The notes under the pieces: model-generated
Database searches by the model: none
Seen by the model: the letters and a program-made list of their open reading frames with translations, nothing else
Told to the model about the DNA's origin: nothing
Shown here: piece by piece, positions 1 to 9,290 of the stretch
Layout: every line of letters begins with the position of its first letter
How positions within the stretch are numbered: position 1 is the first letter of the stretch
Translations under genes and position numbers: made by a program
IMG/VR virus record: IMGVR_UViG_3300044898_000038
Coordinates: 1 to 54,706 of that record
Strand: one strand, 5' to 3'
DNA: 54,706 nt
From: a virus
Lineage: Duplodnaviria > Caudoviricetes

Positions 1-130
1 CCATCCATTGAAACGCGCTGGCCTGCAGCGTGAACGGCCAAACAAAAATCTCGATCGCCAGCAGCACCATCGAAATGGACATGACCCATTCGAAGAGCCT
101 GCCGTCAAGATAGTAGGAGACGCGGTTCAT
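1..130 (-). CDS. Membrane protein of lysis region, truncated by window edge
   Basis: ATG at 130 overlaps the TGA of the upstream ORF (ATGA). Reads MNRVSYYLDGRLFEWVMSISMVLLAIEIFVWPF..., hydrophobic. Confidence 0.55.
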   Translation of the reverse strand, partial: MNRVSYYLDGRLFEWVMSISMVLLAIEIFVWPFTLQASAFQWM

Positions 131-645
131 TTTGCCGCCGTCACCTTCATCGGCTGCGGCTGCACCGCCAGCGTCGCCGCCATCTGCTGCTGGCCGCGCA
201 GCATCATCCGGTCGCCAAACCAGAAGCCGATGATGGCGCCGAACATGGCCTGCGTTTCGGTTGGCCAAAGCAGCTTGACCAGCTGTCCGAGGTCATAGCC
301 GGTGTTCACCGCGTAGATGAACAGAAAAACTTCCATCACGAACCAAAGGCAGAAAAAGGCCAAGGTAAGGAAGGGCCGAATAAATACGGCCAGCGCGTCA
401 ATCCACTTGATACCGCTAGCCCCGCCACCAAAATCATAAATATGGTCTGCCTGTCGAATGTCAGCCTGAGCACCAGCGAGATCAACCTGTAACGCCATGC
501 CGTCCTTAGCAGCCTGGATGTCGAGCTGTTTAAGAGCGAGTTGCTGGACATTGTTCGCTTTCAAAGTGAAATAGCCAATGATGGCCGGCACCATGCCGGC
601 CAGAGCACCGAGGATTGCGGGGAGTGCGGCGATAGCGGCGATCAT
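127..645 (-). CDS. Putative holin (3TM/GTA-holin-like)
   Basis: Several TM segments, IRP and GFWFGDR motifs typical of 3TM holins, downstream of the endolysin. Confidence 0.65.
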   Translation of the reverse strand: MIAAIAALPAILGALAGMVPAIIGYFTLKANNVQQLALKQLDIQAAKDGMALQVDLAGAQADIRQADHIYDFGGGASGIKWIDALAVFIRPFLTLAFFCLWFVMEVFLFIYAVNTGYDLGQLVKLLWPTETQAMFGAIIGFWFGDRMMLRGQQQMAATLAVQPQPMKVTAAK

Positions 646-953
646 GCGAGCACCAAATAAGCTTTGGAGACGGCGCCCACGAGCAGGAAGCCGACTAGGA
701 TGACAGGGGCGGACGGCACTTTGCTCGCCATGTTCTCAATGGTGGCGTCCTTCGAGGTGGAGCCTGACGAAGATCCCATCCAATAGGCCACGACGGTCGT
801 GAAATTCGTCGCGAGCGAACCGAGCAGGATCGACAGGATTTCCGGAATGGGATTGCCGTCGAGTTTGCGCGTCATATAGATCACGGTGACCGCGATGAAA
901 CCGATGACGACGAGAATCGACACCAGCACGCGGCCCCAATCGCTCATTCTCAT
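642..953 (-). CDS. Putative holin / lysis membrane protein
   Basis: Start reassigned to MRMSD (GGGGA RBS upstream). 2-3 TM segments and a VAYWMGSSSGS..KD motif. Confidence 0.65.
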   Translation of the reverse strand: MRMSDWGRVLVSILVVIGFIAVTVIYMTRKLDGNPIPEILSILLGSLATNFTTVVAYWMGSSSGSTSKDATIENMASKVPSAPVILVGFLLVGAVSKAYLVLA

Positions 954-954
954 C

Positions 955-1914
955 TTAAGTCCCCTTCGGTTTGAAAAGATTGGCAACCCGACCCCAGAAT
1001 GTCGGCGCGAGATCGACTCGCACCTGGCCGGGCGGCGGCAGTTTGATTTCAGGCAGCTTCGGGATGACTGGTACTTCCGCCAGCGCGGCCTTGATCGCCG
1101 CGATCGTCGCAGGCCCTGCGAGGCCGTCGACGGTCAGACCTTTGCTTGTCTGGAACGCGCGGACGGCCGTGCGCGTGCCCGCCCCGTTGACACCGTCCAC
1201 ATCCAAGACCGGCGTTGTGCCGAGCTTGTTGAGCGACGTCTGCAGCCAGACGGCATCAAGGACGTCAGCCGATGGCGTCAGAGGCACCGCATTGATGTCT
1301 GGCACGATCGACGGCGACGCATCGAATTTGATCGTCGGGTCGAGTGCCATGATTGCGAGAATGAGGCCCGCAACACCCAGCTGCTTGTCGGTGACGTTTT
1401 CGATCGGGCCATGATCGACCAAGACCTTGCCACCAGGCCCTGTCGGCGGATCGTAGATCGTGGTGCCGGACCAAACGTAAGGCGACGGTCTATTTCCGTT
1501 GGCGTATTTCAGGCCGTTGTAACGCTCCTCATTGGTCAACAATCCGGCGATCGACCAATCCGTCAGGCGCGCGGCGTAGGGTGCACAGTTCACAAGCGCA
1601 TCGACCGCGCCGTCTTCAAAGGCGGTTGGCCCAAGGAACGGCCCGCGGCCGGCCGGGACGTGCGTGGTGGCGTGGCTGAGCGGATCGCCCTGCCCAAGGT
1701 TGGTTGAAAAATCCTGATTGGACTCACGGTAGTGCGCGCAGGCGATGAACAGCCAGCCTACTTCCGGCATCCCGGCGCGCTTGGTGATACTGGAATAGCG
1801 GGCCTTGTTCGCGAACGCCTTTGCGGCAGGTTTCGCAAAATCAGGCCCGCGCGTTAGTTTGGCATCTGCCCAGCGCTTCGCATTCGCTGCTTTGAGCGCG
1901 ACTAGATCGGTCAT
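955..1914 (-). CDS. Endolysin: lysozyme-family catalytic domain plus C-terminal peptidoglycan-binding domain
   Basis: HYRES...GQGDPL...ERYNG...SPYVWSGT lysozyme-like motifs. LQxxLNxLG...VDGxxGxxTxxAVRAFQxxxGLxVDGxAGPxT is a PG_binding_1 pattern. Confidence 0.85.
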   Translation of the reverse strand: MTDLVALKAANAKRWADAKLTRGPDFAKPAAKAFANKARYSSITKRAGMPEVGWLFIACAHYRESNQDFSTNLGQGDPLSHATTHVPAGRGPFLGPTAFEDGAVDALVNCAPYAARLTDWSIAGLLTNEERYNGLKYANGNRPSPYVWSGTTIYDPPTGPGGKVLVDHGPIENVTDKQLGVAGLILAIMALDPTIKFDASPSIVPDINAVPLTPSADVLDAVWLQTSLNKLGTTPVLDVDGVNGAGTRTAVRAFQTSKGLTVDGLAGPATIAAIKAALAEVPVIPKLPEIKLPPPGQVRVDLAPTFWGRVANLFKPKGT

Positions 1915-1974
1915 GATTGTGGGGTTCCATGGTGGAAGGCAGAACAGAAAAAGGAGGCCCTTACCCTTCACAGC

Positions 1975-2000
1975 AAAAACGCCGCCCCGAAGGGGCGGCG
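1975..2000 (-). terminator. Intrinsic terminator between fibre genes and lysis cassette
   Basis: Minus strand CGCCGCCCC-TTC-GGGGCGGCG followed by TTTTT. Confidence 0.8.
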
Positions 2001-2027
2001 GCTGTTCGCGTAAAAAAAAGCGATAGA

Positions 2028-2285
2028 TCAGTCTTTCTTCTCTTCACTGGCGGGCACCTTCGCCTCCAACTCCTTCACGCGAGCAAGAGCCCGCGAAAGA
2101 TCGAAGGCAACCCCATCGGCGCGCGCCTGGTGGGCGGCGGCCATGTCAAGCGCCTGATTGCGCTGCGCCTGCAACACCGGGATAAGGCGCTGCAACAACG
2201 CCGGGTCGGGCTGCTCCGCCTGCTGAGCCGATGCGCAGGGCGCAAGCAAGACGAGGGCGACTGCGATGGCGGTATGGCGGATCAT
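2028..2285 (-). CDS. Small coiled-coil protein with signal peptide (possible fibre chaperone)
   Basis: MIRHTAIAVALVLLAPCASA|QQ, then an amphipathic helix. ATGA overlap with the fibre gene. Confidence 0.7.
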   Translation of the reverse strand: MIRHTAIAVALVLLAPCASAQQAEQPDPALLQRLIPVLQAQRNQALDMAAAHQARADGVAFDLSRALARVKELEAKVPASEEKKD

Positions 2286-4846
2286 GCGTACTTTCTCCTT
2301 TGATCGGGAATATTGTCGTTGGCGCCGACGCGCCAGTTAGTGCCGTCGCAGACAACCGGAACATTGGTTGATCCGCCTGCGGCGACGACGGCTCCGATGC
2401 CAGCCGTGTAAGACGCGGCATTTGAATCGGTCACGAAGTACCTGGCGGCCTTCGCGGCGGCATTGCACGTCGGCAGGCTCCCCACCGCGACGGCGCCGGA
2501 CTGCAAGTAGCGATTGGCGAGAATGACGCCGATACCGCCATCCGTCGTGGAGCCGACCGACAGACCGCCGCTCGGATTGGCGCGCATGGCCTCGGCGATC
2601 GTCGACGAGCCGATCGGCGTGGTGAACACGCGCCAGAGCGTCCCGCGGTTCGCTCCGTAGTTTTCGGCCGTCACGAACTGGAAGTTCGCCCCGAAGCTGT
2701 AGGCGGAGCCGTCCCAGCCGTAGGGCACGATCGAGCCGAGTACCTCCCCGGACAAGACGGCCGTCTTGCTGGCAAGCGTGCCGTCCGCCCTTCGCATCGC
2801 GACGCGAGGCGCGCCGCCAAACGCGTCCATCGTCACCCACCCGTCGGTGGCATCGGCGCTGACCAGGTGCAGCAGGGCGGTGGGGCCGACCGGTGCAACG
2901 GTCGCTCCGGCGTTGGCGTTGACAGTCAGCAGGGCGTCCGGCGCGACGTTGGGGCCGATATTGAACAGCCCGCCAGTTGTAATGCGAAAGCGTTCCACCT
3001 GACTTCCGGTCAGGCCGATAATCGCATCTGTCGTGCCGGCGCCGGATGTGCTCTGCAGCGTCAGCGTAGATGCCGCGCCAGAGCCGCCTGTATGCAAGGG
3101 CGAAAGGAGGGACGTCCCGAAATAACCCGTGCGTGGCCGCGTCGCGCCAGATGCGCCAATATCGATCGTGTTGTCAGTCGAAAACAGAATCGCGCCCGTC
3201 ATCGTGCCCCCAGCCAAGGGCAATTTCAGCGCATCGTTGCCGTTGATTTTCTGTAACGCGCTCAGAATCGAATCTGCGGCCGAAACGGTTCCCGGGCCGC
3301 TCGTGTAGCCCGTGAGAACCTTTGTGATCACTGCCGCGTTGTTGATTGTCGGGTTTGGGTATGTGCCGCCAAGATCGCCACCTGCCGCACCGGTCGGCGC
3401 GGCGCCAGTAATGGCAACGGGCGCGCAAGCCGTGGCTAAGCCCTTCCCGTTCAGCGTGATCTGCGCCACATGCGTGGCGTCGCCGCACGTTCCGACATTT
3501 GAGTTCACGGTCGCAAGCGTGGTCGCGAGCGCTCCTCCGGCCGTTGTTATGTCTCCCGCCAGAGCCGGCAATTGCGATGCGAGAAGAGTACCCGAAATAT
3601 TGCTGAACGATGGCTGCGCCTTGCTGATTACCCCGGCCGTGCTGATCGCGGTCAAGAACTGGTTGCTCGCCCCCGCGTCTGCAACAACCGTGGTGCCTAC
3701 TACGCCATTCGAATCCTTGTCGTGAAAGCGCAGGCTGGTCGAATCGAACCAAGCCCAGGTCTGGCCCACCGCGGGTGCGGCCGGCGCGGCGTTCAATAAT
3801 CCCGCCAAGAAACCGATCCCCGTGTAGGTGTCAGCTTCTGATGCTTGAGTGGCGATGGTTCCAAGGCCGGCGATCGTGCCGGGAAGGCTTCCGGGCAATA
3901 CCGGAAAACCGGTGATGACGCCGCCGTTATGAATCAAGTATTTTGATCCGGTCGCTGACCCGACAAACGTCACGCCTGGCGCCGCCGACGTAGCGATCAA
4001 CCCCTTCGTGACTCCGGCGAAGAATGCAGAGAATACCGGCGTTCCTATAAGGGTAACCGTGATGCCCGGCGTCACATTGATTACCGATCCCGCGATCGGA
4101 ACATGCCAGTGGAAGATGCCCCCTCCGGTTATTGTATAGCTGTTCGCGATATAGACCGTGCCAGGGCCCGTAAGTAAGCCGGATGGAGTGGCTACCCACC
4201 CGGCCTGAATATGCCCACCCGCAGCGGCGCCATAGGTGACCCCACCTTGAATGATTGTCCCTCCATTATAGGCTGAGAGACAGTTACCCTTGGTGCCAGT
4301 CGTCGAAAGCGTCAGATTGCCGCCTCCGACTGTCAGACTTGCGCCTTGCGTTGCTGAAATTGCATCGGCATCGGTCGTTGTGATCGATGCTCCAGCAGTG
4401 GATGTGACGATGACGGATCCTGGACCTCCTATGGTTGAGTTCCCCGCACCGACAAACGTACCCGCTGCCAGTATCCCTGAAGTAAAGCTGCCCGTCAGGT
4501 CGATGGTGACCGTGAATCCATTGAGGTCGATGGCCTTGAGCAGATAGCTGACCGGTTTTTGAGGCGTCGCAAATGCGCACGCGCGAGGTATTGCGCCCGT
4601 TCCCGGATCGTTAACATTGGTAAGACCGGTGCAGTTTGTATCGCTGCCGGCCACGCGCACATAGTAGGTACGGGCGGCCGATATTCTTTCGCGCGCGAGA
4701 GACGGCACGGCCGGACCTTGAGCCGTCCCGAAATTGCCCCACACTTGGCCGGGTGCAAGCTGGCCCACGCCTTGCGCCAGAGCGGCGGGCATTAACAGGG
4801 AGGAGGCCAGAACGGCTCCCGTGAGTAGTGATTTGATTTTGATCAT
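2282..4846 (-). CDS. Long tail-fibre/adhesin-like protein with N-terminal signal peptide
   Basis: G/T/A-rich. TYYVRxxGSD beta-helix-type start, AGGDLGGTYPNPT and LPLAGGTMTG fibre repeats, C-terminal LPxC...VTD...VPVVCDGTNW module. Confidence 0.8.
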   Translation of the reverse strand: MIKIKSLLTGAVLASSLLMPAALAQGVGQLAPGQVWGNFGTAQGPAVPSLARERISAARTYYVRVAGSDTNCTGLTNVNDPGTGAIPRACAFATPQKPVSYLLKAIDLNGFTVTIDLTGSFTSGILAAGTFVGAGNSTIGGPGSVIVTSTAGASITTTDADAISATQGASLTVGGGNLTLSTTGTKGNCLSAYNGGTIIQGGVTYGAAAGGHIQAGWVATPSGLLTGPGTVYIANSYTITGGGIFHWHVPIAGSVINVTPGITVTLIGTPVFSAFFAGVTKGLIATSAAPGVTFVGSATGSKYLIHNGGVITGFPVLPGSLPGTIAGLGTIATQASEADTYTGIGFLAGLLNAAPAAPAVGQTWAWFDSTSLRFHDKDSNGVVGTTVVADAGASNQFLTAISTAGVISKAQPSFSNISGTLLASQLPALAGDITTAGGALATTLATVNSNVGTCGDATHVAQITLNGKGLATACAPVAITGAAPTGAAGGDLGGTYPNPTINNAAVITKVLTGYTSGPGTVSAADSILSALQKINGNDALKLPLAGGTMTGAILFSTDNTIDIGASGATRPRTGYFGTSLLSPLHTGGSGAASTLTLQSTSGAGTTDAIIGLTGSQVERFRITTGGLFNIGPNVAPDALLTVNANAGATVAPVGPTALLHLVSADATDGWVTMDAFGGAPRVAMRRADGTLASKTAVLSGEVLGSIVPYGWDGSAYSFGANFQFVTAENYGANRGTLWRVFTTPIGSSTIAEAMRANPSGGLSVGSTTDGGIGVILANRYLQSGAVAVGSLPTCNAAAKAARYFVTDSNAASYTAGIGAVVAAGGSTNVPVVCDGTNWRVGANDNIPDQRRKYA

Positions 4847-5397
4847 GGTGCGATCACATATTTTGCAGTGGCAGGATAAAGCTTGAAGCCGCCGTAACTG
4901 GCGGCGATGAGCAGCGGGTTGAGACCTTCGATGGTTTCAACTCCGTTGGGGATGATGGAAATGTTGTGGCCGGCGGTGGCGGCGTTGCCGGTGATATCCT
5001 TGACCTCGAGCGCACGGCCAAGCCGCGCGGCAGCGGGCTGCAGGTTGATAACGACCGGCCCGCCTGAGGAATCGACGAACAGCACACCGTCTGTCAGCAG
5101 CACGGAATAAGGCGACTGCGCAAAGGTGACCTGCGTCGGAATATCTGCCGTCAGCGCCTGCAACGCCGCGTCCAATGCTTCCATCGTCGCCAGCCGTCGC
5201 GAGGTATCGCCAAGCGGCGGCGTAGGCGCCGTCGGCTCATTGAGAAAATCGGGGCTATCGATTGGCGCGGCGCCGACAACCTCGTGGGCATCGTCGCCGT
5301 TCCAATTCGACGGCAGCAGCTCGCCGGCTGCAGCGGCCTCTTCGCTGTCCTCAAGATCGACCTGCCGCCTGTGGCGGACGATAACCTCACCTGCCAT
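4843..5397 (-). CDS. Tail fibre adaptor-like protein
   Basis: APIDSPxFxxEPTAPTP..D.S.RLAT fibre repeat, plus a C-terminal VDSSGGPVVINL...VKDxxGNA module shared with 6586-7458. Confidence 0.7.
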   Translation of the reverse strand: MAGEVIVRHRRQVDLEDSEEAAAAGELLPSNWNGDDAHEVVGAAPIDSPDFLNEPTAPTPPLGDTSRRLATMEALDAALQALTADIPTQVTFAQSPYSVLLTDGVLFVDSSGGPVVINLQPAAARLGRALEVKDITGNAATAGHNISIIPNGVETIEGLNPLLIAASYGGFKLYPATAKYVIAP

Positions 5398-5413
5398 GGT
5401 TGAATAAATCCGT

Positions 5414-6589
5414 TCAGAACTTGATGCCGCGGCGGCCGATCGAGATCGGATTGAGCACCGGAAATGCCGTGCCGGTGCCCATATTGCCCGTGGTGCCGCC
5501 TCCCGTCGTGCCGCCTCCCGTGGTGCCGGTGCCCGTCGTGCCGGTGCCCGTGGTGCCGCCTCCCGTGGTGCCGGTGCCCGTGGTGCCGGTGCCGGTCGTG
5601 CCGGTGCCCGTCGTGCCAGTCACGCTTATTGTCCCGCCGTCCAGCGCCAGCGAGAACGCGCCTCCATTGTTGGAGCCCTGAGAGATTTTTGTGGCGACTG
5701 AGGATCCGGTCTGCGCAAACCCCTGTACCGGTACGGACAGCGCATTCTGGTTGAAACTGCTTGAGACCGACAGCGACGGAACGCTCAGTCCCGGAACACT
5801 CAGTCCAGGTACACTCAGTCCAGGTACACTCAGTCCAGAAACGCTCAGCGACGGAATACTCAGGCCCGGAACACTCAGTCCAGCGACGCTGAGACCGCTT
5901 GCAGGCAGATAAGTCGTGGAGATACTCCGGCTCTGCGAGCCGCACAGCCCGATAACGGTCGCATCGCAGCCACTGCCTGCCGATGTAATGACGTTCGCCG
6001 TGGCCGCGCCCTGATTGTCGAGCGCGACAAAGGCGCGTCCATTCGAGATCGGCAATCCGAACGTTGTCGCACCATCACAAATGCCGTAGCTGGTGCTGAC
6101 GACGGAAAACAGCGCCGCATAGAGTGTACGCGAGACGCAGCTACCGTCTTCGATCATGACACCGCGCGGCGTCGCGCTGCCGCGAAACTCGACGGTGCGT
6201 CCGATCGGCGTCATGTCGATCGGACCGACGATTTCTATGGTCGAACCGTTGTACATCACCGTCATAGTGACGCCGGCCTGCAGCTCGCCCCCGGAGAGCG
6301 GCTGCAACCCGATACTGGTTGGTCGCCGCACCGCTATCGGTGAGAGCCCGCCGATCGCTATCGTCGCGGGCCCCGTGTTGTCCGTGGCCGGAACGTAGCG
6401 CAGCGGCACGCCCAGCACATTGCTGAGGCTCTGCACATTGCGGATCGCGATCGTCTGTGCGTTGGCCGATCCACCCCCGGCGCCGCCCCAGGTGCTCTGC
6501 GCCTCGAATGCAAGCGCGCTATTGACGAGCGCGAACAGCAGCCCGCACAGCAAGGCAAAGCGTGCGGAGACTTTCCGAAAATTCATCAT
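5414..6589 (-). CDS. Tail collar-domain fibre protein with signal peptide and pentapeptide repeats
   Basis: PIG...F.G...P.G....DGS.VSRT.YAALF...YG..DG.TTF.LP is the phage tail collar motif. Confidence 0.85.
   Translation of the reverse strand: MMNFRKVSARFALLCGLLFALVNSALAFEAQSTWGGAGGGSANAQTIAIRNVQSLSNVLGVPLRYVPATDNTGPATIAIGGLSPIAVRRPTSIGLQPLSGGELQAGVTMTVMYNGSTIEIVGPIDMTPIGRTVEFRGSATPRGVMIEDGSCVSRTLYAALFSVVSTSYGICDGATTFGLPISNGRAFVALDNQGAATANVITSAGSGCDATVIGLCGSQSRSISTTYLPASGLSVAGLSVPGLSIPSLSVSGLSVPGLSVPGLSVPGLSVPSLSVSSSFNQNALSVPVQGFAQTGSSVATKISQGSNNGGAFSLALDGGTISVTGTTGTGTTGTGTTGTGTTGGGTTGTGTTGTGTTGGGTTGGGTTGNMGTGTAFPVLNPISIGRRGIKF
5489..5623 (-). repeat. 15-bp tandem repeat x9 encoding G(T/G)GTT-type units
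   Basis: Counted directly in DNA and protein. Confidence 0.9.
5768..5902 (-). repeat. 15-bp tandem repeat x9 encoding VPGLS-type units
   Basis: Counted directly in DNA and protein. Confidence 0.9.
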
Positions 6590-7458
6590 GTCGAACGGCT
6601 CCAGATGCGGGTGACGCCATCGGTGTAAAAGCGAAACGTTGTGCTTTGAAAATCGCGGTCCATCACAAAGTTGGCGGCGCTCGCAATGGTTTCGCCGGCC
6701 GGCGCCACGACCGTCGCGTTGGCGGCTTGCAGATTGCCGGCGACGTCTTCGATGATCACGATCTGGCCGTTGCTGGCGCCTGCCGGGAGATTGATCGTCA
6801 TCGCCGCGACGCCAGCGGTGCGGAACAGCGCAATCGCGCGTTGCTGCAAAGTCAGGTTGAGTGTCGAACTGGAGGTCACGATCTCGGCCGCATTACTGAA
6901 CGCCGCCGGCATGTCGACGAGTTGAAAATTGCTGCCGTCAAACTCGAACGTTGAAATTCCAGCCCCAATTAGATCGCGCCGCTGAAGTCCCGTGTTATCC
7001 TTGCGGATAATGGTGTTATTGCCGAGCCCGTTGAAGTTGATGGTAGCAGCACCTGTGTTGTCATGCGCAACGCCCACGCTGATGCGCATACCGACCTTGT
7101 ATTCCAGCACAGGCGGAGACAGATTGACCACCAGATGGTTCGGAGCGCCGATGTCAAAGCCGAACGATGGCTGACCGCGTTGAATCAGTTGCTGGATCGC
7201 CCGCAACGCCATCGTGTCGTCGGAATTATCTTCGGTGACGATGTTCGCCAGCGCGGCAGTCTGCCCGTTGCCGCGGATCAGCGCACGTAACTGGCCAAGC
7301 AAGCCGTTCATAAATCCTGCGTTGATACCCGTGCCGTCACCGGCGCCGGGCGATGAACAGTCTTTGCCGTAGGTATCGGCACCGCTGAACACGCGGCTGT
7401 CAGCGGGTCGCGTGACAACGACGTTCGGGGCGTTGCTGCCAAATCCAAGCAGGTCCAT
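6586..7458 (-). CDS. Baseplate-anchored tail fibre protein (Mu gp49-like position)
   Basis: Follows the gp48-like gene. G.GT.I.A.F.N...L..LI anchor motif and a DNTGAATINFNGLG module. Confidence 0.75.
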   Translation of the reverse strand: MDLLGFGSNAPNVVVTRPADSRVFSGADTYGKDCSSPGAGDGTGINAGFMNGLLGQLRALIRGNGQTAALANIVTEDNSDDTMALRAIQQLIQRGQPSFGFDIGAPNHLVVNLSPPVLEYKVGMRISVGVAHDNTGAATINFNGLGNNTIIRKDNTGLQRRDLIGAGISTFEFDGSNFQLVDMPAAFSNAAEIVTSSSTLNLTLQQRAIALFRTAGVAAMTINLPAGASNGQIVIIEDVAGNLQAANATVVAPAGETIASAANFVMDRDFQSTTFRFYTDGVTRIWSRST

Positions 7459-7467
7459 GATGTTCCT

Positions 7468-8166
7468 TTAGGCGGTTCGGTAGACGACGGCGACGTGGGC
7501 ATGCACGATGCGATCAAGCAGGCAGACCAGCGGTGAAAAATCAGGATCGCAGTTAAGGGTGTTGCCGAGCTGGAACGCACCCAGCTGCGGTCTGGTTTCG
7601 ATCTGACCCTGAAACGCCGGGCTATTCTCAAGATCAACGATGACGCGGATGGTGGCGGCGCCGCCCTCTCCGCCAAGCCCAACATTTCCCAACTGAAATG
7701 TGCCGATCTGGAAACAGATCGCGCTAAACAACTGCTCACACGCGATCGACCAGCCGGCGCGCGCCGCGACCTCCAGATAGTAGACACAGTCGGTGCCACC
7801 GAGTGCCGATACCTTGGCGCAGAGATCGGGAAACGGATCGCAGGCATCGGGCAGTCCGTATTCTTCAAGCCATAGATCGCGGGTTTGGCTCTGCGTCACG
7901 CACCAAAACTCAAGCCGCAGCGCGCACAGCAGTTGTGTCAGCTGGTAGAAATAATCCGCCACTGCCGACCAGAACGCATGCATCCCGCTCAATGGTCGAT
8001 CGAGCGTCTGGAACAGGCCAGGCTGTGCGAACCTCGGCTGCGCCATCGTCACAGTGTAGGCCTGCCCGGCCGGCTCGTTGCTCTGCCAGGCGTTGCCGCG
8101 CGGCAGCAGCATCAAGAGCTGGCGAAAAATCTGCAGCTTGCTCGGACAGCGGAACGCAGCTCTCAT
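7468..8166 (-). CDS. Baseplate wedge protein (Mu gp48/DUF2313-like)
   Basis: LLPRGNAW and W.EEYGLPD.C motifs, C-terminal ..HAHV.V. Start reassigned by ATGA overlap. Confidence 0.85.
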   Translation of the reverse strand: MRAAFRCPSKLQIFRQLLMLLPRGNAWQSNEPAGQAYTVTMAQPRFAQPGLFQTLDRPLSGMHAFWSAVADYFYQLTQLLCALRLEFWCVTQSQTRDLWLEEYGLPDACDPFPDLCAKVSALGGTDCVYYLEVAARAGWSIACEQLFSAICFQIGTFQLGNVGLGGEGGAATIRVIVDLENSPAFQGQIETRPQLGAFQLGNTLNCDPDFSPLVCLLDRIVHAHVAVVYRTA

Positions 8167-9290
8167 GTAAAGCTCACCGGCCCCAATGTTGCAACTTCCC
8201 CGGTCGACAGCGCTATGTCGCCTGCCGGCGCAAGCAGCACATGACGTTTTTGGCCCGCCGCATTCGAGATCGCCTGTCCTATCCATTCCCGTGAGAACGA
8301 TTGCCCGGTCGCCAGATAAGGCATGCCGTCATGCTCGGTATCGTTGCCAGCGACAGCGGACAGCCGCCGGAACGCCGCTCCAAGCTCGGCGATGATCGCC
8401 TGCTGCACCGCTGTGGTATTCGGCGAAAGAGCATTGATGATGACCGGCACCGGCACCGCGATCGGCGCCGCAACCGTGACCGACGCACCGGCCGGCGCCA
8501 CCATGTCGATATAGTCCTGCACCCGCGCGATATCCGCGACGGACGGGACGCCGTCGGCGTAGCGATCGTCCATCATCACAAACACGCGCACCGTGCCGGC
8601 GCCGATCCAGCGCCGCTCGACATAGACGCGAGTGACGCCCGATACCGACGACGCCCACAGCACGTAATCGGCCGGCGCGCCGCCGTGCGGCGGGTTTCGC
8701 TTGCGAAACAGTATCCTGCCGCGGAACGTCGACAGGTCTGAGGTGAATGGCTCACCGTCGTCTTCGACATCATCCCCAGCGACAATACCGTCGGTGCCTA
8801 CCACTGCCGTCGCCACACCTGTGACACCTGAAGTAATCGCCAGCGGCGTTGCCGCGATGGCGTTGCCGGCCTTGCCATCCACTGCGGCAATGACATCGAC
8901 GTCGAGCGTTCCGGCACCGCCCAGTGATGTTGCGGCCGATGCGAGATAGCGAAACCCGTCGCCACGGGTGAAAACCGCGCCGTTATCGACGCTAACGGCC
9001 GCAGGCGCCGTCAACGTCACCCTGCCGGACGCCGGCGCTGCCGGTCGTTTGGTGAGGCCAACTTCCGCGCCGTGCAGCACGAGGTTTTCGCCATCCGCCG
9101 TCAGCGCGAATTTCTGCCGCGAGATATAGCTGGCAAACCCCATGATTTCCGAACCGACGCCGGCCATCACCTTCGCGGCGACGGCCATGTTGTTCGGCCA
9201 TATCCATGCGTCGCTGCCCTTCAGATAGCTGCGCAGCGATTTGCGCGCTATCTCCGCCAGCGCGGCCAGGTTCGGAAGCGCAAAGCTCAT
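8163..9290 (-). CDS. Baseplate J-like protein (Mu gp47)
   Basis: G.D.EDD...R.R....R.PPHGGA..DY..WA..V.GV.R motif. Confidence 0.92.
   Translation of the reverse strand: MSFALPNLAALAEIARKSLRSYLKGSDAWIWPNNMAVAAKVMAGVGSEIMGFASYISRQKFALTADGENLVLHGAEVGLTKRPAAPASGRVTLTAPAAVSVDNGAVFTRGDGFRYLASAATSLGGAGTLDVDVIAAVDGKAGNAIAATPLAITSGVTGVATAVVGTDGIVAGDDVEDDGEPFTSDLSTFRGRILFRKRNPPHGGAPADYVLWASSVSGVTRVYVERRWIGAGTVRVFVMMDDRYADGVPSVADIARVQDYIDMVAPAGASVTVAAPIAVPVPVIINALSPNTTAVQQAIIAELGAAFRRLSAVAGNDTEHDGMPYLATGQSFSREWIGQAISNAAGQKRHVLLAPAGDIALSTGEVATLGPVSFT

Noticed and set aside
5489-5902. Tandem repeats as a CRISPR array or DGR repeat pair
   Set aside because: In-frame 15-bp coding repeats without spacers; no cas or reverse transcriptase gene in the window.
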